The notes beneath the pieces were generated by a model. It made no database searches, was not told the origin of the DNA, and was given only the letters and a program-made list of their open reading frames with translations. A program made the position numbers and the translations under genes. From Phoronis australis (taxonomy: Eukaryota > Animalia > Phoronida), in assembly GCA_002633005.1 (NCBI GenBank), contig NMRA01000112.1:564659-628658 (forward strand): DNA of 64,000 nt. Direction: 5' to 3'. Positions 39,561-64,000 of this stretch are shown here, one piece after another (positions within the stretch are counted from its first letter, which is position 1; every line of letters starts with the position of its first letter).

Positions 39561-41129
39561 AAAAAGTCTGGGTATGAGTCACACCACCAGCAAAAATTTT
39601 TGTTGGAACATCTGCTTACACAGACCTTTTTAGCATACGAAAAAATGTGTTGTGTATACTGGGGTTTAGACAACAACCATATATTCAAGAGCATAAGGAG
39701 CACCGATGGGGCGTAAAAATTAAATGTCAGATGATCGCAACAGCCTCAAGTTGTTTAAGAACGAAGACCTGTATTGTTAGTCCAGAAAAAACATGTGTTC
39801 TGTCTCGTTACTAGAAAAACTGGCGAACGATGGCGCTCTCAGCTCATAATCTATTATAAAAGCGACAATAAATAATTAAGTATCACTTTATTAAGCTGAA
39901 TCACGTTGACAACAATTGAAAAAGCCAAATGTATCATGAAACAAATCATCTGAAAACAGTTTCACGAAACCAAAACATTCTGCACACTGTTCGCGAATGC
40001 GGTCATTTTGTCAATGTGAGTGCCCCCTTGGTCATTCCTTGTATATACATAACTTGTTCGAGTGCATCTTCAAACAGACTCGCGACCAGACCACGGCGNG
40101 CGCAAGACGACTTTTATAACTGTTTGTAAAGCCTAAAATTACTTGTCACGAAACAGTCCCGGCTAGCTTGTGTTTTAAACGGTAAAAATAGTGTCACAGG
40201 TTCAACTTAGGGCAGTGGTTGTTAGTAGATCTACTGATAAGCCTATATTCTGGGAGGAATTCATGAAAAATTCACATTTGCATTATTAAAAAAATACTGT
40301 AAGTGATTGCCGGGCCGTTGGAAATCGACGTTTAAGTGCCTTACCGCCGAATAGTAAAGTAGAGTGTCAAAAGCATTCGTTACACTGATTTCAAAAGTTG
40401 TGAATCGTGACTGCCGCAGAAAATATATTACGCGTATAATTTTGAGGGAAGTCAGTCTTAGTCTCCATACACATAGGCTCGGGGAGCCGAGTTTTCACGT
40501 AGGTAACATTTTGGACTGAGCTTTTTCACGATACCGGTACCCATATGTAGGGCTACTTTTCTGCAGGTATCGTGTACTGGCCGGTGAAAGGCTTTTTTGG
40601 GCGACATCTGCGAGGCCCCGCTGTCAGTCGCCGGATTCCGTTAGTGAAACGGCGCGGACGCTGAGGCCTATTAGCCCGGCTCTGGCCAATGTGGCGCCTT
40701 TGCCAATCCCGGCCAGTGGACGTAGCCGCCCTATTGCCTAATTTGATTACGCGCACTTAACTTCGCCCACTGAGATTCCCGCCGTCTCGGTGAGGTGGAG
40801 ACAGTGACGTCTCGCTGAGCGTCAAGTTCCTCTCTGGGGTTTGGTTGGCTGGTCTTGTATACGGACTTCACTGTTCAGTGGAATCGCCGAAACATGAATT
40901 GTTTCCACCTATTTGTGTGTAACATTTGCGTTAATCTTTTTAACTTATCATCCACAATTTGTTTTGCAATCATAAAAAATGACCCAACAGTTGTAGCTTA
41001 CGCCCAGGCTGGCTTTACTCAAAATATTGACTAATAAAGTCTTCGTGCTTAGCCGTTCCGAGTCCACCCGCACCGCACTCAGGTGCAAAACTAACACTGA
41101 CTAAGGTGGCTCACAAACGTCTGCCCTAT

Positions 41130-41254
41130 GGGCGGATCCAGGCGGAGGGGTCAAGGGGGCCCGGACCCTCCTTTTCCTTTTGGTGACATCAAATCTAGAA
41201 TTTTCGATTTTGTGACTTCGACTCCCTCCCTTTTTAAAAATCCTGGATCCGCCC
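41130..41254. mobile_element. MITE with gggcggatccagg / cctggatccgccc TIRs
   Basis: 13-bp perfect TIR; ~125 bp long. Confidence 0.85.
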
Positions 41255-41629
41255 CTGTAGGCCTAACCCAGGAGCCACGCGTCTCGACGTTGTCTCAGTG
41301 ATGCTGCTCCAAATAACCGCAGGTATGTACAAGAAAATGCAAGACAATATGGCCCAAGGGGAATCATTTGAGGACTACCTTACGTAACCGTCTGGCGATG
41401 ACTCGTGTGCTGCGTGCCACTGTTGGCTGAATATACGCCGTAACTCAAGCATCGGGTGCTTTCGTGATCGTCTTCCATGTTCTCCGCTAGATGGCGTGCA
41501 AAAAGGAGCGTGATTCTGTGCAAGAATCCGACATTGTTAACTCAAGTGCAGTCGTAGTCAGTCGACTCGTGAGTTCAACAGCAAATTTCTTGTGAGATCG
41601 GCCATAAAGTGGCCACATTGAGGACATGC

Positions 41630-58715
<17,086 letters not shown>

Positions 58716-58798
58716 AAACTGTTCGATAACATCACGTGTCGTGAACTATCAAGCCCAGGATTTAACGCGTGTAAATATTTTTTCACGTCAGTTTTAAT

Positions 58799-58956
58799 GA
58801 CCTCTCGTTACCTGCTTATGCAATACATTGGAGCAACAGACATGGTTTTGAAGACCTCTCGTTACCTGCTTATGCAATACATTGGAGCAACAGACATGGT
58901 TTTAAAGACCTCTCATTACCTGCTTATGCAATACATTGGAGCAACAGACATGGTTT
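58799..58956. repeat. 54-bp tandem repeat x3 in the probable CUL4 3' UTR
   Basis: Unit gacctctcgttacctgcttatgcaatacattggagcaacagacatggttttgaa. Confidence 0.95.
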
Positions 58957-61697
58957 CAATGAGGATACAGCACTCTTCTCATTGTCAAGTTGTTGCATCT
59001 TTTGGAGAAGTGTCCAGTGAATAGATCACTGTCAAGTCATGCGACTTCACTTCAACAACAGGTTGTTAGCAGTTGATCTCCATTCTTTTGTAATTTCAAG
59101 TCCCACAATTTCCGTTTTACCTGTTCTTGAATTACTGTGCATGGAACTGTGGAAAGCTGTCCACTTTCTGTTTATTTCTCTGTTCAGTTTGGCATCAGGC
59201 CCATCAATATTAACAGCTTTAGTTTGGGAGCCTATGCTACGTTGAATCTTTTTAAGTTGTCATTTTGTGTTGAAAAGTGTTTTGAGTTGTAGCAGTTGTT
59301 AATGTGATGTACAGTCATCCTTGTGATATAAGATTGTCAAAGTGTATTTATAAAATTAAATGAACTTTCAAGCAACCTGTATTCGTGTTTATTTACAATA
59401 ACTTATTAACGAACCAGCTGCCTCACTCACATGACACAGTTCCATAAGTTTGAGTATCTATACAAATGACACCCGCAAACATTTTGACTATGTAGTATGC
59501 TACATAGCTTACTACTGAAACTAAACTATCAGGCTTCAAATTAAACACATTCCAACGATCAATTGCCCATGGTTTTGCCAATTTTGCTTGCAGACTTTGA
59601 AACAAAAAACAAAAATCAAATATGTAAAAAGATTTTAGCTTTCTGGGTTCTTTTCCAAGTTAGAAAGATGGGACGAAAAATAATCTGACATTTCATCATA
59701 CAATTGTATATCACAATGTTTAGCATGGTTGCATGAAGACTCAAACGATGCTAATTAAGTTGAAGTCAAACTTCAAGCTGGAACAAATCGAGGTGGCATC
59801 AGTGCATCTGCCTGCTGAAGCAGTGTAGGAACTTTATATGTTCCATGGTTTTATGATTATGTAATAAGGAATGCTAAATCACTGTATTGAATGAACAAAA
59901 CTGAAAAGGTCTCCAAACTCAAAACATGAACCAAACAATGGTTTTCTAATATCGTGCTGCACCATGAAACCCCATCTTTATAAATTGTGTGGATTTCATG
60001 TTTGGGGTGAAATCCTTTTTTTCCATACAAGATAGTTTTCCTCATTGTACATGATAAAACCATGGACTGAATGAATTCAATGATTGCTTCAATGCAAAGA
60101 TTCAGTGCCGGAGACTTGATTTATAACAGTCTGAAGCTTGTGATTTCGACGTGACCTAATTACGCTACGTCTGAAGAAGTGACCACACAGTGACCAAATA
60201 ATCCTGCAAGCATGAATTCAATTCCCTGATGAGGCACGAAATGGGCAGAAGTCCAGGCGACAGTTGACTCCAATGAATGACAACCTCCAAATCACACTAC
60301 TCCACAATGTTTTATACTCTAGCTTTCATCAGGTATTGCTTCCAATCCCTGAAAGGAGACATCCAAGAGCTAATTACACACATTTAATACAAATTAATTA
60401 AAAATCCTTTAGAAACATCCATCGCAAAGTGAGGAAGTATTCATCATGGGATTAACTGAATACATGGAGGGCACATAACGTGAAGTCAACCAAACTGCAG
60501 GTAACTATCATTTGGCTTTTTCCACTCAACTCCCAAATGTTTTGGGATTGTGGATCTGCAAAAATGAGTTGTCATGTCCTTTTTGCCAAGTCAGAGTGAA
60601 TGTTGATTTTCTGCCTAAGACGGATAAACATCTTCAAAATTACTTAAAATTTTCTTGCTGAAACAGCCATTCTATAGGAGATTAGATACAATCCTCTTGA
60701 AATTTGACAAATATACACCTCAAGACGTATTTGCATGCTCCTAACTATGTCAGTGCATAGCATGAACTAGTTGACGATGCTATTTTAACATAATCTACGC
60801 TAAACAGAGTGCAGCCACTTGTATTCATAGACAACTTGTAAATGTGAAAACAAAAATTCTAAAAGTGATCTTTCCACTAATGATGTACATCACGGGCTCA
60901 CATAGCCCTCGCATCATGCAGTGTTATTCCTCTGCACCACATTACGATACTTACTGGACACAGTTCAGTGATTTGCGGCAGATTATTTTCGCCACAAAAC
61001 TCATTCTTAAAACATTTGGCAATTTTCTTCCCACTACATATTCACATCACTAAATGTTGTTTCCAACTAATTTGGCAACCCAATCAATCAGCGATGTATG
61101 CGATGCACACGGTAGATGCATATCAACGCGTGATGCTCTTGTTAAGAGCCAAAACATAAATAACTTCCGTTTTTTCTGTGGCACCTCACTCGTGCTCTAC
61201 TTTTTCTGTTTGTCATAATTGTCATGTGCTTGTATGGACTGCACTCTATGAAATGAAATAACCAATTAAAAAATAAAAATAAGTTGGGCTATCATCATTA
61301 TTTTTCAAAATAATCAAACTTCGTAAACAACAAAAAATGACAAAGCAAGTAATGCTAGAAAAGTAAAAATCCAATTATCAATGAGAGACACTCTAGAGGC
61401 ATTCACACTTGACAGTACCTGGGGAACGTATTCACTGCCAGTTAGCCTTTGATCCCTTAGATAAAGTATCTGACTACGTGTGTCCGAGTCCCAGTCACGA
61501 GGGCTTGTCTGCAAAAAATAATTTAAATTACAATGATGATCATGAAAACACTTAATCTCATTTAAACATTTATAGTCACCTTTTAGCAAATTTATAATAT
61601 TTCGAAAGACAGATTCCACAGATTACAGGCAGGCATTCAGAGTAGGTCCTCCTACTAACACTTGACCACTCTGAAGATATGTATAAATGATGTGTGA

Positions 61698-61884
61698 GCA
61701 GTGAAGTACCTCTATATTAGGCCCACCTGTGCTGCTCCCCTTGGCAGTGAAGTACCTCTATATTAGGCCCACCTGTGCTGCTCCCCTTGGCAGTGAGGTA
61801 CCTCTATATTAGGCCCACCTGTGCTGCTCCCCTTGGCAGTGAAGTACCTCTATATTAGGCCCATCTGTGCTGCTCCCCTTGGCA
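61698..61884. repeat. 46-bp minisatellite, 4 copies
   Basis: Unit gcagtgaagtacctctatattaggcccacctgtgctgctccccttg. Confidence 0.96.
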
Positions 61885-64000
61885 ATGCTGGCAGATGGAC
61901 GCCTTGCCCACAGTTTTATTTCCCGTCGATGCAGAGCAAATTGACTGCGGCTGATTATGATGAAATTGGTAAGTGAGGACACACACACAATTTGCACTTA
62001 AAGGTACTCAAAACAACACAAATTCTATGGTTAAGCTAGGGTGAGGCATAATTTTCAGAAAATCTTCTGGAGTATAAGGTCCATGCTATCAGATAAGCCC
62101 CTGTCTCTGTTAACTCCTTCTAGATAGGTGATCATCCCAAATTCCTCAATACAGATTCCAAGCACATTGGAAGTAATGAAGGTCAAATTTCTATTTTGTT
62201 GGTGAATGAATGTTTATATTAAGGACGAGCAACCACCCACCACCGACAATGGAATGTGGTTCTATCTGCACTGTCTAGTTATCAGCTCACGACATGGACC
62301 TGTCTAGTTCTGGCCAACCCATGACCCTTGACCTGTTTCTGGATATAAGCATTCATTGTCAAAGACAACGGTGTTTTTGTTTCCATACCAGAGGGATTAT
62401 CAGCTACAAACCTGACTGCCATCTCCTGACCAAAACCAGTGGCTGTGGTAAACAGCAGAGCTAAGGCGGCTGTACATCTTATTAAGTTATGTGTGCTTGA
62501 AGCTTCTACGCAAATTATGCCTCACGAGCTAAACCATTAAGTCACATTGTTGCAAGTACCATTCAACAATAGACAAATATGTCAGGAGGCTGCCAATGTC
62601 CTTGAGTTCTTCCAACTTGAATCAAGATTTCTTTCCAACACGTCCCTTCATTTGTCTATGAAATTATGAACCTAGCAGTTTTTGCTGTGTGCACATCACA
62701 TGTGTCTATCTCATGCAAATTTTTTGAACCATATCTTGGGAGTTAGTCAACAGTTGACGCTCGACACTGGCCATATGCCAGAATTGCTAGCGCTTGACAC
62801 ACAGTGTGTCGATGAGGCAAATTCCAGGATGACTCCAGTGCCGCTGAAGGGGAATTCCAGGACACCACCAATGACTCTGCGACCGGACACAAGGTGGCAG
62901 TTCACCCCTACTGAGGAGTGTTGTGATGTCCGGTTCTGAGCATGTTGTAAAGACAAATTAAGCCGATGCAAGTTGCTTGCCAACAGGCAATTGCAATTTA
63001 ATGGTTTGGATACTTGGCACTGCTCACACATCAGAGATACCTNCCTCCTTTTTTTCAGAGCCATATACTACTATATTGTCTTGTATGTTTTTGTTTTCTT
63101 TTGTTAAATCTATTTCAAAGTCCGGTTCATGTATATTTTTAACTTAGTAAACTTTATTTTTATTGAATTGTAAAGTAAGGCAAGGGAATCCCAGACCTTT
63201 GTCCTTACTTATGTTGTACTGGGAGAATAAAAATGTAAATCTTGTACTGCCAATCAAATTGTTTTCAGACTATTGAACAGTAGTCCCAATTTTGAGCTTG
63301 ATTTAACACTAAGCGATAAGGACTGAAACCAGTTGCATTTGATGGGTTTTATAGCTGTATTTTGTCGCCGTTTTGCTACCAACTCTTAACCGAAGCGCAA
63401 AGTGCTTTAACAACAAATCGCTCTGGCGATCTCGAAGTGCTGCCAAATGAGCCAACAAATCAAGTCATATGCACGTCGTTTAATTCCCATTTTAGGGTTC
63501 CCAACCGCTATGCATCCTAGATTGTTTTCGTGAGTTGCTGATGGTTTCCATGTTCTTGTTGTTAACGGAAATAGACTCTTATCACACCAAGGGATATTGT
63601 GGTACCGATTTCATGAGAGTGAAAAGCTTATTTTGAGCGAAATGCAGTTTTAGCTAGCTCTGCGAAAATGCGAGACAAGATTTTATTTAAATCTACCTCA
63701 CACAGGTACACAGGATGCAATAAATTCTGATGAAAGACGCTATCTATGTGGTCTTCAAAAGACTTAGGGTAAATAATGCCTTCTGAATTTAACGCGGTAG
63801 TTACAATGGAATGCGTATTACTTCAAACACAAAAAATTATAAACAAATTAATGGGGTAAAACCCTGCTATTAAAGTGTTAAACTGTAGCCGCAGCCAATT
63901 CGCAATGCCTAGAATTTAGGTATTTGGTCTGATTTGGGTAGACATTGCCAGTGGGTTAAGTCATTCTGGTGATGGGAATGTGAAAAGTCCACTAGTTCGA

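Noticed and set aside
60227-60256. CTGATGA..GAAA hammerhead-like core
   Set aside because: Stem II is a single base pair and stems I and III cannot be formed

Overview
Metazoan invertebrate genomic DNA, AT-rich and intron-rich. I built four spliced gene models by hand from splice sites and translation. (1) The 3' part of a CatSper auxiliary subunit beta gene (CATSPERB, +, 9 exons, stop at 12302). (2) FBXO45 (-, 3 coding exons). (3) Mitochondrial intermediate peptidase MIPEP (+, 16 coding exons), head-to-head with FBXO45. (4) Cullin-4 (+, 20 coding exons), including a U12-type AT-AC minor intron. Introns hold many MITEs, foldback elements, tRNA-derived SINE pieces and minisatellites. The most interesting signals are: a tRNA-SINE head followed by a Penelope-type minimal hammerhead ribozyme in a CATSPERB intron; degenerate tandem copies of the FBXO45 C-terminal coding segment just past its stop codon; tandem repeats that duplicate real MIPEP splice sites into stop-containing decoys; a ~215-bp palindrome with a tRNA-like fragment in each arm; and a CpG-rich, hairpin-dense element upstream of CUL4. 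Homology calls come from remembered protein sequences, not from database searches.
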